A stretch of 64,000 nucleotides of DNA from a bacterium (GCA_965218795.1 OZ244653.1:288001-352000); one strand, 5' to 3'; positions 49,766 to 59,551 are shown, counted from the first letter of the stretch. Notes: generated by a model from the letters alone, not told the origin. Program-made: numbers and translations.

Positions 49766-50676
49766 AACTCGGATGGGGATTCCTGAGCGGGGTAGTGGCA
49801 TCGCTGGCGATCCATGCCGGACTCGTCTTTTCCGTCCCGCCGCCCGATTCCGACGCCGTGGTTCGCGAGCCCATCCACGTGGTGGAATTGCGGAGGCTCG
49901 AGATTCCGCTTCCGGCTCTGCCGCCTCTTCCCAAGAAGGATGTGGAGGAAACGCAGGATTTCGGCCCGCCGCCCGTTCTGCCGCAACCGAAGGCGCCCGA
50001 GCCCCTACCGACGGGATTGAGTCCGAGGGACATGTCCATCGCCACCGGGTTGCCTGACGTGAAAGCGCCGCTTCCTTCTCCCTCGGAAATGGAAGCTCCC
50101 GCAAGAAGAGAAACCGCCTTCGTCGCGCCGCCCGAAACAATCGGAGAGGGAGACGCGCCCCAAGGGACGCCTTCGGGGACCGTACTGCTGGGACCCATCA
50201 GTCTGCCGTCCGCCCTTCCGCCGGTGGGTGAGGAACAAGCCGGCTCGATTCGCTCGCTGCGAAGCCGGCTGATCCGCCGGGTGCTGGAACGATCTGCTCC
50301 CGCCGAAAGATCCGGCGCAAAGATCCTTGGGCCGGCCGCCGATCGAAAGCTGGTTTTCCGGCCTCCTCCCCCCCGGTGGCCACAGAGTGCGCAGGGCGAG
50401 CTCGAGCTGAAGTTTTGGGTATTGGCCGATGGAACGGTCGGCCGAGTGGTCCTGCTCGTTCGAGGTCCGTTGGCCTTGGAGACCGCGGCCATACAGCATA
50501 TTAAGCGATGGAAGTTCAATTCCGTCCCGGTGGATGCTGCGGCCAGCGAACACGAACAGTGGGGAACCATTCGCTTCCGGTTTCTATCGGCCGCGGCGAA
50601 GCCGGTTCCCACCCTCCTCCGGTCGTTGCCTCCGAAGTTGCGGGAAGACGAACTCCCCGAAGCTCAAACTCCGTGA
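49762..50676 (+). CDS. tonB: TonB-like energy transducer
   Basis: TM with SLAIHA (SxxxH), Pro-rich spacer, C-terminal LKFWVLADGTV...AAIQHIKRWKF. TTG start overlaps the exbD stop. Confidence 0.8.
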   Translation: MKLGWGFLSGVVASLAIHAGLVFSVPPPDSDAVVREPIHVVELRRLEIPLPALPPLPKKDVEETQDFGPPPVLPQPKAPEPLPTGLSPRDMSIATGLPDVKAPLPSPSEMEAPARRETAFVAPPETIGEGDAPQGTPSGTVLLGPISLPSALPPVGEEQAGSIRSLRSRLIRRVLERSAPAERSGAKILGPAADRKLVFRPPPPRWPQSAQGELELKFWVLADGTVGRVVLLVRGPLALETAAIQHIKRWKFNSVPVDAAASEHEQWGTIRFRFLSAAAKPVPTLLRSLPPKLREDELPEAQTP

Positions 50677-50712
50677 AGCGCCGCTTCGGGGTTTCCCGGG
50701 TAGGTTCTCCCC

Positions 50713-52055
50713 TCATGCGAGCCGGGAAATGACCTCGCTGAATTTTCTGCGGATGTTTCTGTAATGCGGGTCGCGTTGCGGATAACCCATCCGGATGAGG
50801 AAGAGAGGCTCGTGGTCGCTTGGTGGGATCGAGAGGATGGACCGCAACTGCGCCTTGGGTCCCTCCTGGACAATGGTTGAGGTTTGAAACTGAAGGCTGG
50901 CACCTACGGCCGTGGCCGTGAGCCAGAGCGACTGGATGGCCGCGCCGACTCCCGTCAGGATCCCCCTCCGATAATGCTCATCGGACTCGATCCGCCCGTC
51001 CGCGTTGTTCAGGACAGCGGTCAGAATGCGCCGGTGGTTTCAGGAGGGATCTCCGCTCTTCGGATGAGAAAGCGGTGGACCCCCAGCGACATGGCCAGCG
51101 GCGCAAGGGGGGTCTTGATGCCGAGTCGGGCGATGGACTTCTTGATCCCGGTCAGACCGAAGTGTTCGATGAACTCTCCGTCGCCGCGTCTTTCCCATTC
51201 CTTTCTCGTGAAACGCATCCACGCACAGGTTTCCGTGAACCGTCCCCGGTCTCCGGTCGCCTGGACCCAGGCCCGCTCCTGAAGCCGCGTCAAAGCCATG
51301 GTTCGGTCTTCATCTTCGGCCAGGACGAGTTGAGCGGCATCGGCGCCGTGAGCGTTGAGGGCCCTTTGCGCAGCCCGAAGGAGATGGAGAGAGTCACTCG
51401 GCCAGGGGTCATGCCGAAGAAAGGGAACCCTGTCGGACTGTCGAGATCGAAGGCATTCCAGGGCATCAGGAGCCGAAGATGGACGGGGTGGTGAGTCGTC
51501 CCTTCTCACCTCATTTTCGTGGGAGTCCAGGCGGTACACCAGTAAGGGGAGTGGGGGGGCGGGCGAGGGCTCTCCGTGGGTCCCGAGCTCAAACAGGGTA
51601 TACGGCTCCAAATGATCGGCGAACGAGAAACTCTTCGGTCGCCAGGCTTTCTCGCTTTCCCCCGAAGGTCCCCAGACGATGCTGTTCACCCCGAGCGCGG
51701 CCGAAACCAGCTGAACGTTCAGGCAGAGCGTCCCCAAGCCGATGTAGGATTCGGTCCCGAGGGGGTTTGCGACCGGCAGCATCCGGCTCCGATCCAGATG
51801 ACAAAGGATCCAGGTCCGGTGAGCCCCGGCCTCGGGGTGAGCCGAGAACGCTTCCGCCGTTTCCTGGATGGCGTCCGGCCCGGTCAGGACCTGGAGGGCC
51901 CACGGCTGCATGTTATAAGCGGAAGCCCCCCATCGGGCTGCTTCCAGGATTTGATTCAGTTGGTCCTCGGAAAGGGGCCTTCCTTCGGAAGCCGCGGATC
52001 GGGCGGTGTTCCTTGGACGGGTCAGTCCCTTCTCAAGCGCCTCGAAAACGTTCAT
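50713..52055 (-). pseudogene. Two-domain nitroreductase family gene with a frameshift near 51021-51040
   Basis: The 51021-52055 ORF (AARWGASAYNMQPW, RQSDR) stops early. The -1 frame continues ILTAVL...GAAIQSLWLTATAVGASLQ...LFLIRMGYP to a TGA at 50713. Confidence 0.8.
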
Positions 52056-52214
52056 AGCGGCTATTCTACCAGAGGAATATCGTGCGGGGGTTCGCTTCCG
52101 AGCATGATGTGGGACTGGAAAGGCCGGGAAGTGCGGCGGAAACCGGCTGTGCTATCATCCATGTGGCCTCGCCCGCGCCGGATTCTTGGGGCGACGAAAT
52201 GGATGGAGGCGTGA

Positions 52215-52901
52215 ATGGGAAAGGCAACGATCATTTCCAACGTGATGGATGCGGTGAAGGACATTCGGGACGGTTCTGCCGTCATGCTGGGCGGTTTCGG
52301 GGGGGCGGGCGCGCCGGACCGTCTGATCGACGCTTTGTGCGAGACGAGCGTCAGGGACCTTGTCGTCATCTCAAACCATTGCGGCAAGGGCGACCGGGGT
52401 CTCGCGCGCCTTCTCGCTGAAGGGCACGTGAGGAAGATGGTTTCGACTTACGCTTTTCACCGCGATGCCTACGTATTCCGGGATCTCTATGAGAGGGGTG
52501 AGGTGACGCTTGAGATGATGCCACAGGGGACGCTGGCCGAGCGAATCCGGGCCGCCGGAGCGGGCATCCCCGCGTTCTATACTCCGACGGGCGCAGGGAC
52601 CGTCCTGACCGAGGATCGAGAGGTCAGAAAATTCGACGACCGGGAATGCCTCCTGGAGACGGCCCTTCACGCCGATTTCGCCCTCATCCATGCCCGGAAG
52701 GCCGACCGGCTCGGAAATCTCGTCTACAGGAAGACCGCCAGGAACTTCAACCCCATCATGGCGGCCGTCGCCGGCGTTACGATTGCGGAGGCCGAGGAGC
52801 TCGTTGAGGTTGGGGAGTTGGACCCCGAAGCCGTTATTACGCCGTTTCTGTATGTCGACCGTCTGGTCGACGTGGGAAGGAGCGATGAAAGGCTTAACTG
52901 A
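52215..52901 (+). CDS. 3-oxoacid (possibly 3-oxoadipate) CoA-transferase subunit A
   Basis: [46 protein letters not shown]. Confidence 0.92.
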   Translation: MGKATIISNVMDAVKDIRDGSAVMLGGFGGAGAPDRLIDALCETSVRDLVVISNHCGKGDRGLARLLAEGHVRKMVSTYAFHRDAYVFRDLYERGEVTLEMMPQGTLAERIRAAGAGIPAFYTPTGAGTVLTEDREVRKFDDRECLLETALHADFALIHARKADRLGNLVYRKTARNFNPIMAAVAGVTIAEAEELVEVGELDPEAVITPFLYVDRLVDVGRSDERLN

Positions 52902-53544
52902 AGAACAGATGGCCCGGCGGATGGCCCGCGCCATCCCGGATGGCGCGATTGTCAACCTGGGAATCGGGATGGCGACCTTGGTGGGCGATTTCCTGTCCTC
53001 CGAGCGGGACGTGTACGTGCAGGTCGAGAACGGCGCTCTGGGTATCGGCCTACGGGCGGAGCCGGGGGAGGTCGCCCTCGATTTGCTCAATCCTTCGAGG
53101 GAACACGTGACCCTTCTGTCCGGGGGCTCTTTCTTTCATCATGCCGACGCTTTCGCAATGATTCGGGGCGGTCATATCGACGTGAGTGTGATGGGGGCTC
53201 TCCAGGTGAGCGAAAAGGGCGACTTGGCGAACTGGGCCGTTCCCGGAAAGGCGACTGGAGGCATCGGCGGAGCCATGGACCTCGCGGCCGGGGCGAAGCG
53301 GGTTTACATTCTCATGACCCACACCAAAAAGGACGGTGGGCCGAAAATCCTGACGGAGTGCACCTACCCGCTGACGGCTCCGGGCGTTGTGGACCTGATC
53401 ATAACGGACTTGGCCGTCATCGAAGTGGCTCCGGAGGGCCTCGTCCTTCTGGAGCGGACGCCGGGAACCTCCGTGGAGGAGATACAAGCGAGAACGGGGG
53501 CTTCTCTCATCATCGGGGAGGAAGTGGGAACAATCGAAGCATAG
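52885..53544 (+). CDS. 3-oxoacid (possibly 3-oxoadipate) CoA-transferase subunit B
   Basis: VNLGIG, ENG, MIRGGHID, GDLANW, GGAMDL. Confidence 0.92.
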   Translation: MKGLTEEQMARRMARAIPDGAIVNLGIGMATLVGDFLSSERDVYVQVENGALGIGLRAEPGEVALDLLNPSREHVTLLSGGSFFHHADAFAMIRGGHIDVSVMGALQVSEKGDLANWAVPGKATGGIGGAMDLAAGAKRVYILMTHTKKDGGPKILTECTYPLTAPGVVDLIITDLAVIEVAPEGLVLLERTPGTSVEEIQARTGASLIIGEEVGTIEA

Positions 53545-53598
53545 TCTGTATAGATAGGGTATTCACCTGACAGTTGCCGTTCCTGGTCGGGATCAGTG

Positions 53599-53784
53599 CA
53601 GGCGGGGGAGTCCGGAATCACTCCTCCGGTGCCGGACGGTTCGGCTCGTGGGCCTTCTCGAGGAATGCGGCCCAGGTCACACCCTGATCCATCCGGTACG
53701 TAGTCCGGCAGTACAGGGGTCCGTAAAATCGCCCGATGGGCGAGAAATCCGCCGAGACGCGATCGCCGTCCATCAGCTCATCGG
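53599..53784. repeat. 186-bp direct repeat, copy 1 (orphan 3' end of the flavin reductase gene)
   Basis: Matches 55063-55248 with 5 mismatches by manual comparison. Confidence 0.93.
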
Positions 53785-53812
53785 TAATGCACTGCGCTAG
53801 TGTGAACAGGCC

Positions 53813-54952
53813 CTAGTCCGATACTTTTTTCTGGGCCGCCGCGAATCGCTCTCGATCTCGTTGCGCCAGGCAGACCTTGCAGGTAGGGTTCAGATTGCCA
53901 CTCAGAATTTCCTGCCGGATCTGCTGCATCCCGTCGCCGTTCCAGACATCGGTCAGAGTCGTGTCCTTAATATTACCGACCACCAGACTCTTACCAAAAA
54001 ACGTGCAGCAAGGGGTTATATCGCCGTTTGCCCAAACATGCAGGCTGTTGAAGGGATAGGCGCAGTAGGTTTCATCGATATCCTCGTTGCGGATATTCTC
54101 GATCTCCTTGATAGTCCCGGTGGCCCGCAACTCGTCCACGTAGCTGAAATCGATCATCTCTTGAAGGTCCACGTAGTCGACAAGATCGCGCCATGTTTCG
54201 ACAAATTCGTCGGCTTCATCGATATTGAGTTCCTGTACGCAAAAACAGAGTCTTATGATCGGCAAATCGGAATTCTTGCGGCGTTTCGCCTCGATCAGGC
54301 GACGCACGTTTGAAGTTACGCGCTCGAACTCGTCCTTACCCCTGATTTTTTGATAGGTTTCACGTGTCGTTGCGTCGATCGATATTTCGACACGGGCAAT
54401 CTTGTTGTCGACGACGAAATCGCAGATTTCATCGTTTAGAAGCACGCCGTTTGTGCCCAGGAATACGTCCATCACTCCGGCGCTGCGAATTCGACTCAGC
54501 ACGTCCTGAATCTGTTTGTAAAGCAACACTTCGGAACCCAATCCAACGACCATAGCCGGAAGATTATGCGCTTTGCATTCCTCAAGCACCCGGTCGATGT
54601 CAGCGACACCGAGCATGAATTTCTTTTCTTTGTGATTGATCGTGTAACACATGATGCAGTCGAGATTGCACCGATTGACAAGTTCCAGTGATACGGTCAA
54701 CGGGAACTCAGGCCACTCGCCGCTCTTGTCGTAGTTGAGGCTCGCACGATAGGACTGACGATAGGCCTCGAATGCTGATCCGAAATTACGAATGAGTAGC
54801 TCTTCTACATCGGTAAATTTCTTAGAGGAAATATGGTTCACGTCCATCCGCTGTTGTTTGTCTGTCTGCGTCGCACTGGATTTCGGTAGTGCTTCGGCCG
54901 TATCATGCGCCGTGTCGTAACTCGGCATGTTTCTCAGTGAGCCTCCAGGCAT
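53813..54952 (-). CDS. Radical SAM protein with SPASM/twitch domain
   Basis: CNLDCIMC, TNGVLL, ISID, C-terminal YCAYPF...GDITPCC...GNI...CKVC. Start position uncertain. Confidence 0.92.
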   Translation of the reverse strand: MPGGSLRNMPSYDTAHDTAEALPKSSATQTDKQQRMDVNHISSKKFTDVEELLIRNFGSAFEAYRQSYRASLNYDKSGEWPEFPLTVSLELVNRCNLDCIMCYTINHKEKKFMLGVADIDRVLEECKAHNLPAMVVGLGSEVLLYKQIQDVLSRIRSAGVMDVFLGTNGVLLNDEICDFVVDNKIARVEISIDATTRETYQKIRGKDEFERVTSNVRRLIEAKRRKNSDLPIIRLCFCVQELNIDEADEFVETWRDLVDYVDLQEMIDFSYVDELRATGTIKEIENIRNEDIDETYCAYPFNSLHVWANGDITPCCTFFGKSLVVGNIKDTTLTDVWNGDGMQQIRQEILSGNLNPTCKVCLAQRDRERFAAAQKKVSD

Positions 54953-55018
54953 TCGGGGAGTTTGAACTGCCCTCAGTGTAGAGAGCCGTCAAAAATTCAC
55001 CGATACATTCATATCTCA

Positions 55019-55047
55019 AACGTAGCCATCCATTGCACGATTGTCAA
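55019..55047 (-). promoter_or_regulatory. Putative sigma70 promoter of the radical SAM gene
   Basis: Minus strand TTGACA-17 nt-TACGTT, located inside the insert. Confidence 0.55.
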
Positions 55048-55062
55048 TAGGTCCGCCTCGAT

Positions 55063-55248
55063 CAGGCGGGGAAATCCGGAATCACTCCTCCGGTGCCGGA
55101 CGGTTCGGCTCGTGGACCTTCTCGAGGAATGCGGCCCAGGTCACACCCTGATCCATCCGGTCCGTGGTCCGGCAGTACAGGGGTCCGTAAAATCGCCCGA
55201 TGGGCGAGAAATCCGCCGAGACGCGATCGCCGTCCATCAGCTCATCGG
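55063..55248. repeat. 186-bp direct repeat, copy 2 (in-gene 3' end plus 19 bp downstream)
   Basis: Matches 53599-53784. Confidence 0.93.
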
Positions 55249-55732
55249 CGACGTGGAAGCGGACGACCTCCCCGAACAGCACCGCCCATCCCGGGTCTGT
55301 ATCTCCGAAGAAGACCGACTCTTTCAGCCTGCACTCCATTTGGACCGGTGACTCGGCGATGCGAGGAGGGGCCACCTCGAGGCTGGGGATTCGCGTTAGC
55401 CCCGCTTCCTCGATTTCCGAAACCGCAGGTCCGTAATCCTGCGCCGAGACCAGGACGGATTCAAGCAGTTCTTCGGTCACGACGTTGACGACAAATTCCC
55501 TTGTCTCCAGGATGTTCCGGCGGGTGTCTTTTTCCTTGCCTTCCCTGGGGCCGGTGGAGACGGAGATGATCGGAGGAGAGGAGCAGTGCGCCATGAAGAA
55601 GCTGAACGGGGCCAGGTTGGCTACACCCTCGGCGCTGAGGCTGGCGACCCATGCAATGGGCCGGGGGACCACGCAAGCCTGAAGCAACCGGTAGACCTGC
55701 CTCGCGTCCGCCTTTTTGGGGTCCAGGTCCAT
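55082..55732 (-). CDS. Flavin reductase-like (DIM6/NTAB/flavoredoxin) protein
   Basis: VVPRPIAWV, NLAPFSFF, KDT.RNI..T.EFVVN, PPRIAESPVQMEC. Confidence 0.93.
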   Translation of the reverse strand: MDLDPKKADARQVYRLLQACVVPRPIAWVASLSAEGVANLAPFSFFMAHCSSPPIISVSTGPREGKEKDTRRNILETREFVVNVVTEELLESVLVSAQDYGPAVSEIEEAGLTRIPSLEVAPPRIAESPVQMECRLKESVFFGDTDPGWAVLFGEVVRFHVADELMDGDRVSADFSPIGRFYGPLYCRTTDRMDQGVTWAAFLEKVHEPNRPAPEE

Positions 55733-55831
55733 GGATTTGAAGAGCTTCGTTGGGATGGGGCCGAATCAACGTACGAAGCGGGCCTTGCGTTCGCCGGATT
55801 CCATCGAAGTTGTCCCCGGCGTCGCCGTCCA

Positions 55832-56329
55832 TCAGCTTTCGACTGGCCTGAGCTCGAGGGGCATCACACCGTCCAGGCGCGTTCTTCCGCACATGTGGGC
55901 CAGTTCGTACAGGTTTTCCGTGACCTGTCCAAAAACAGTCAGCCTGTGGGGACCCGAGGGCATGCGGAATCCGCACACCCCGTAGATCAGGGCGATTTCC
56001 TGTTCCTCCACGTCGTATGTAAGGTGACCCGGCGCGCCGTAGGTCATGATGTTTTCCAGGTGGTCTACCGGGAGACGGACCTTCTCGACGTACCGGATCA
56101 TGTCGCCCGACCAGGCCGCATGGATGGCGTGACCCTGCACGGGGAGGCTCCGCCAGAAGGCATCGCAGGTGGCCGGCGCCCCTTTCTCGATCAGCAGGCC
56201 CCTCGCTGTAATGCCGTTAAGGTCGATCTCGAAGCGCCGGGCGTCCGGTTCCGGGATGAGATGGCGCGCCCATTTTTGGTTCCAGGCCTCATCCCAGTCC
56301 CGCTGGAGTCTCTCCTTGTCCAGATTCAT
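55832..56329 (-). CDS. Cyclophilin-like fold protein (DUF3830-like)
   Basis: APATCDAFWRSLP...IHAAWSG...EN...PG...EIALIYG. Confidence 0.75.
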   Translation of the reverse strand: MNLDKERLQRDWDEAWNQKWARHLIPEPDARRFEIDLNGITARGLLIEKGAPATCDAFWRSLPVQGHAIHAAWSGDMIRYVEKVRLPVDHLENIMTYGAPGHLTYDVEEQEIALIYGVCGFRMPSGPHRLTVFGQVTENLYELAHMCGRTRLDGVMPLELRPVES

Positions 56330-56440
56330 GCGTGGGTCGCCCTCATTCCAGGAAGGGGTATCCGGTTCTCCGAGCAGGATGGCCCGGTCCGGCGAACGAT
56401 GTGTTTCGAAAATCCGTCCTTTGGAAGCAGCCCTCGTATT

Positions 56441-56827
56441 TTATCCGTTTCGGCCGTCCCTTGCGATGGGACGTTTTCGTATGGCTTGGCCCATGCCAAC
56501 GGGCGGAGAGAAAATCCCCAGAAAGCAGACGGTCGTTGCGCCCGGATTGGTGTGTTGGTGCACGGTTCCCGGAGGGATGAACAACAGACTGCCCGGCGTG
56601 AGCCGAAATTCCTCGCCCGCTGGCGTGACGATCATCTGCTCTCCTTCCAGTACGTAGATGATCTCCTCTTCGTGCCGGAAATGAACGTCGCTTTTTGCGC
56701 CGGGTGGGAGCTCGGCATGACAGACCATGACGTTGGAAGTCCCGGTGACTTCATCCGCCAGGACCTTGGTCAACCGGCCTCCGGGGGCTTCATAAGCCGG
56801 TTCATCACGTATGTTCACGAGCCGCAT
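56441..56827 (-). CDS. Cupin domain protein
   Basis: LPPGAKSDVHFRHEEEIIYVLEG, PGSLLFIPPGTVHQHTN. Confidence 0.9.
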   Translation of the reverse strand: MRLVNIRDEPAYEAPGGRLTKVLADEVTGTSNVMVCHAELPPGAKSDVHFRHEEEIIYVLEGEQMIVTPAGEEFRLTPGSLLFIPPGTVHQHTNPGATTVCFLGIFSPPVGMGQAIRKRPIARDGRNG

Positions 56828-56902
56828 GCGGGAACTTTCCCTTTTTGAATGGTCTGGAAGCGTTCTGCCTGGTGCGGGAAGGGAAATTCAAAATGTTGCG
56901 AT

Positions 56903-57049
56903 TCATAGGTTGCGAGAGGTGCCGTCACCGGGGTTGAATTTGTACCCAAGCGGTACGCAATGCGGACTGCCGTTATTGTTCGTCGTCGAAACACGCGCCA
57001 TCATCGGTTGAGCAGGAACTCGCCCAGGTCTGTCGGGCGTGAAGGCCAT
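56903..57049 (-). pseudogene. Truncated pyridoxamine-5'-phosphate oxidase-like (split barrel) N-terminus
   Basis: MARVSTTNNNGSPHCVPLGY resembles the PPOX-family AxLxT...GxPHxxPvwy motif, but the frame ends after 48 aa. Confidence 0.5.
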
Positions 57050-57177
57050 TTCAGGTTCTTCTCCCTCGGTGATCCATTGAATCATGACTCCATGATACGC
57101 GATGATGAACTTGAAGACAAAGGGCGCGAAAGCGCTCTTGATTTCCACGAGTCAGCGAGTTGCCGATGAATATGAAT

Positions 57178-57450
57178 TCAGGCCCACTCCGGGGGATCGG
57201 GGGGAAGTCCGAAGCGCACCTCCTGAAAATTTCCGATATAGGCGATGGCGGTGGGTATGAGAAAGAAAGGAGAGATCCACCAGGCGAAAGGCAGAGGAAT
57301 AAAGGCGGCGACCAGGAAGATCAATCCCTCCCCGAGGCTTTTGTGCCGAAGCTGGTGCAATCCGGGAATGAGATACAGATGCCACCTTCTTGATTGTTTT
57401 GCAGAGACGTCCTTCGGCCCGGCTTCCGGCTCCCGCTGATTCAGGCTCAA
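57178..57450 (-). CDS. Small hypothetical membrane protein
   Basis: TTG overlaps the udg stop. LIPGLHQ motif followed by hydrophobic segments. Confidence 0.6.
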   Translation of the reverse strand: MSLNQREPEAGPKDVSAKQSRRWHLYLIPGLHQLRHKSLGEGLIFLVAAFIPLPFAWWISPFFLIPTAIAYIGNFQEVRFGLPPDPPEWA

Positions 57451-58268
57451 GACGGATTCTTGTCCGCCGAGGGGAGCGGCGGAAGCCCCAGGGCCTGATG
57501 GACCTTCTGAAGGTCTTCCCACACCGCCCGTTTCTGGGATGGATTGCGGAGCAGGTAGGCGGGATGGAAAGTGGGCATGACGGGAATCCCCTGGTACTCC
57601 CGGAAGTGGCCCCGCAGGCTGGAGATCCGATCATCCGTGGCCAGCAGGGTTTGGGCGGCGAACTTCCCCATGGCCAGGATCATCTTCGGTCGAAGTGACA
57701 GGAGCTGCCGGATGAGGAACGGCTCGCAGGATTCGACTTCATCCGGAAGGGGATTTCGATTTTCGGGCGGTCTGCACTTGATGACATTGCAGATGTACAC
57801 TTCCTCGCGCGACAGACCGATCGCCTCCAGCATCCGGGTCAGGAGTTGACCGGCGCGGCCCACGAAGGGCTCACCCTGATGATCCTCATCGCGGCCCGGG
57901 GCCTCTCCGACGATGACCAGATCGGCATCGGGATTCCCGACGCCGAATACGATGCTTTTTCGTTTCTCGCAAAGACGGCATCGGGTGCAGTCACCCAAGT
58001 CCGTGCGGATGTCCTCCATGGATTCATCGGACGCGGCTATGCCGACCCTGCCTTCCGGCTTGGGCTTCCCGGAGACGGATGGGATTTTCGCTGATCGGGG
58101 GCGTTCGCCTCGAGGCGACGGAGGGCGCCCGGACGGAATGGCTTGGTTCGTTTCGAGGAGAGCCGAATCGACATCGAACTCTCTGGTTCCGGAAGCGGCT
58201 TCGGCCTCCACGTACGATTGAAGATCCCGAACGGCCTCGGCCAGAAGCTCTCTCGGCGACTGGGTCAA
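57447..58268 (-). CDS. udg: Uracil-DNA glycosylase family 4
   Basis: CTRCRLC, VGEAPG, PFVGRAGQLL, KCRPPENR, TFHPAYLLR. Confidence 0.95.
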   Translation of the reverse strand: MTQSPRELLAEAVRDLQSYVEAEAASGTREFDVDSALLETNQAIPSGRPPSPRGERPRSAKIPSVSGKPKPEGRVGIAASDESMEDIRTDLGDCTRCRLCEKRKSIVFGVGNPDADLVIVGEAPGRDEDHQGEPFVGRAGQLLTRMLEAIGLSREEVYICNVIKCRPPENRNPLPDEVESCEPFLIRQLLSLRPKMILAMGKFAAQTLLATDDRISSLRGHFREYQGIPVMPTFHPAYLLRNPSQKRAVWEDLQKVHQALGLPPLPSADKNPS

Positions 58269-59551
58269 GATGCACCACCTCGGAGCCTTCGGACGTTGCC
58301 TTCTCCGGAAACCCCCAGCAGGTTCCGCACCTTGTCGAGGATGACTGCCGCCAAGGCGTTCTTGTCGAGACGATCGACCGTCGTCTGCAGGCCGTCGCGG
58401 TCCAGGAGGACGGCGGATGATGCATCCGAGCCCATCGCCCCATCGGCGCCTCCCACGGGATTGGCGACAACCAGGTCCAGATTTTTCCTTCGCAGCTTGT
58501 CCCTGGCGTTGTCGATCAAATCCTCGGTCTCGGCGGCGAAGCCGACGAGCAGCGGCCTTTTCGTACGCTTTCCGGCATCTTCCAGAATGTCCTGCGTTCG
58601 CTCGAGGGTCAGCGTGACCTCCCCGCTGGATTTCTTGAATTTACCGGCCTGCGTGTTTTTGGGCCGGTAGTCGGCCACCGCCGCTGCCATGATCAGGACG
58701 TCGGTCTGGTCCAGGGAGTTCATGACGGCCCGGCGCATGTCCTCGGCCGATTCCACCCGCACCATATCAACGCCGGCGGGCGGGGGCTGGGAGGTCGGTC
58801 CGCTGATCAGCGTGACCTGCGCCCCGCGGCGTCCCGCCTCGTGCGCGAGGGCGTACCCCATCTTTCCGCTGGATTCATTGGATAGATACCGGATGGCGTC
58901 CCAGCGTTCCCGGGTGGGGCCGGCCGTGATCACCATCCGCCTGTGCGTAAACTCCTCGGAGCGGGCGATGAGGCGGGCGGCGGCCTCGACGATGGTATCG
59001 GGTTCGGCCATCCGCCCCGGCCCTTCTTTTTCTTCGGGCGATGCCAGCGGACCGGTCTCCGGACCGGCGAACGCCACGCCGCGGGCGGCGAGCATGTTCA
59101 TGTTTTCCTGAACCGCGGGATTCCGGAACATCCATGAGTTCATCGCCGGTGCGGCCAGAACGGGGCACGGAGCGGCCAACAGAGCAGTGGACAGGAAATC
59201 ATCGGCGATTCCCCCCGCGTACTTTCCCAACAGGCTGGCTGTCGCGGGTGCGATGATGAACAGGTCGGCCGGCGGTTGTTCACGTCGACCCTGCGTCACC
59301 CACAGATGATCCAGTGGATCCTGATCGGGTTGGGAGAAGGGATCGCTCAAGACCGGATGGCTCGAGAGAGTCCGGAAAGTCAGGGGGCCGACGAACTCCG
59401 TGGCGCTCCGGGTCATGACGACCTGGACGTCCCCTCCCTCCTTGACGAGGCGACGAAGGATCTCCACGGCCTTATAGGCCGCGATTCCCCCGCTGACCCC
59501 CAGGACGATCCGTCTTCCCGAGAAACGTCGAGCCTCTTTACCCGATAGCAA
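58265..59551 (-). CDS. coaBC: Phosphopantothenoylcysteine decarboxylase/synthase
   Basis: GVSGGIAAYK, APAMN, TAGPTRE, SSGKMG, AAVADY, GFAAET. Confidence 0.97.
   Translation of the reverse strand: MLSGKEARRFSGRRIVLGVSGGIAAYKAVEILRRLVKEGGDVQVVMTRSATEFVGPLTFRTLSSHPVLSDPFSQPDQDPLDHLWVTQGRREQPPADLFIIAPATASLLGKYAGGIADDFLSTALLAAPCPVLAAPAMNSWMFRNPAVQENMNMLAARGVAFAGPETGPLASPEEKEGPGRMAEPDTIVEAAARLIARSEEFTHRRMVITAGPTRERWDAIRYLSNESSGKMGYALAHEAGRRGAQVTLISGPTSQPPPAGVDMVRVESAEDMRRAVMNSLDQTDVLIMAAAVADYRPKNTQAGKFKKSSGEVTLTLERTQDILEDAGKRTKRPLLVGFAAETEDLIDNARDKLRRKNLDLVVANPVGGADGAMGSDASSAVLLDRDGLQTTVDRLDKNALAAVILDKVRNLLGVSGEGNVRRLRGGAS

Noticed and set aside
52215-53544. Recent duplication of the CoA-transferase pair at 37337-38703
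   Set aside because: The proteins are clearly diverged, and multiple paralogs are common.
53813-54952. RiPP cluster around the radical SAM/SPASM enzyme
   Set aside because: I found no precursor peptide, RRE, peptidase or exporter within or beside the cassette.
53599-55248. Diversity-generating retroelement (template/variable repeat pair at a gene 3' end)
   Set aside because: The five mismatches are not confined to adenines of one copy on either strand, and there is no reverse transcriptase in the window.
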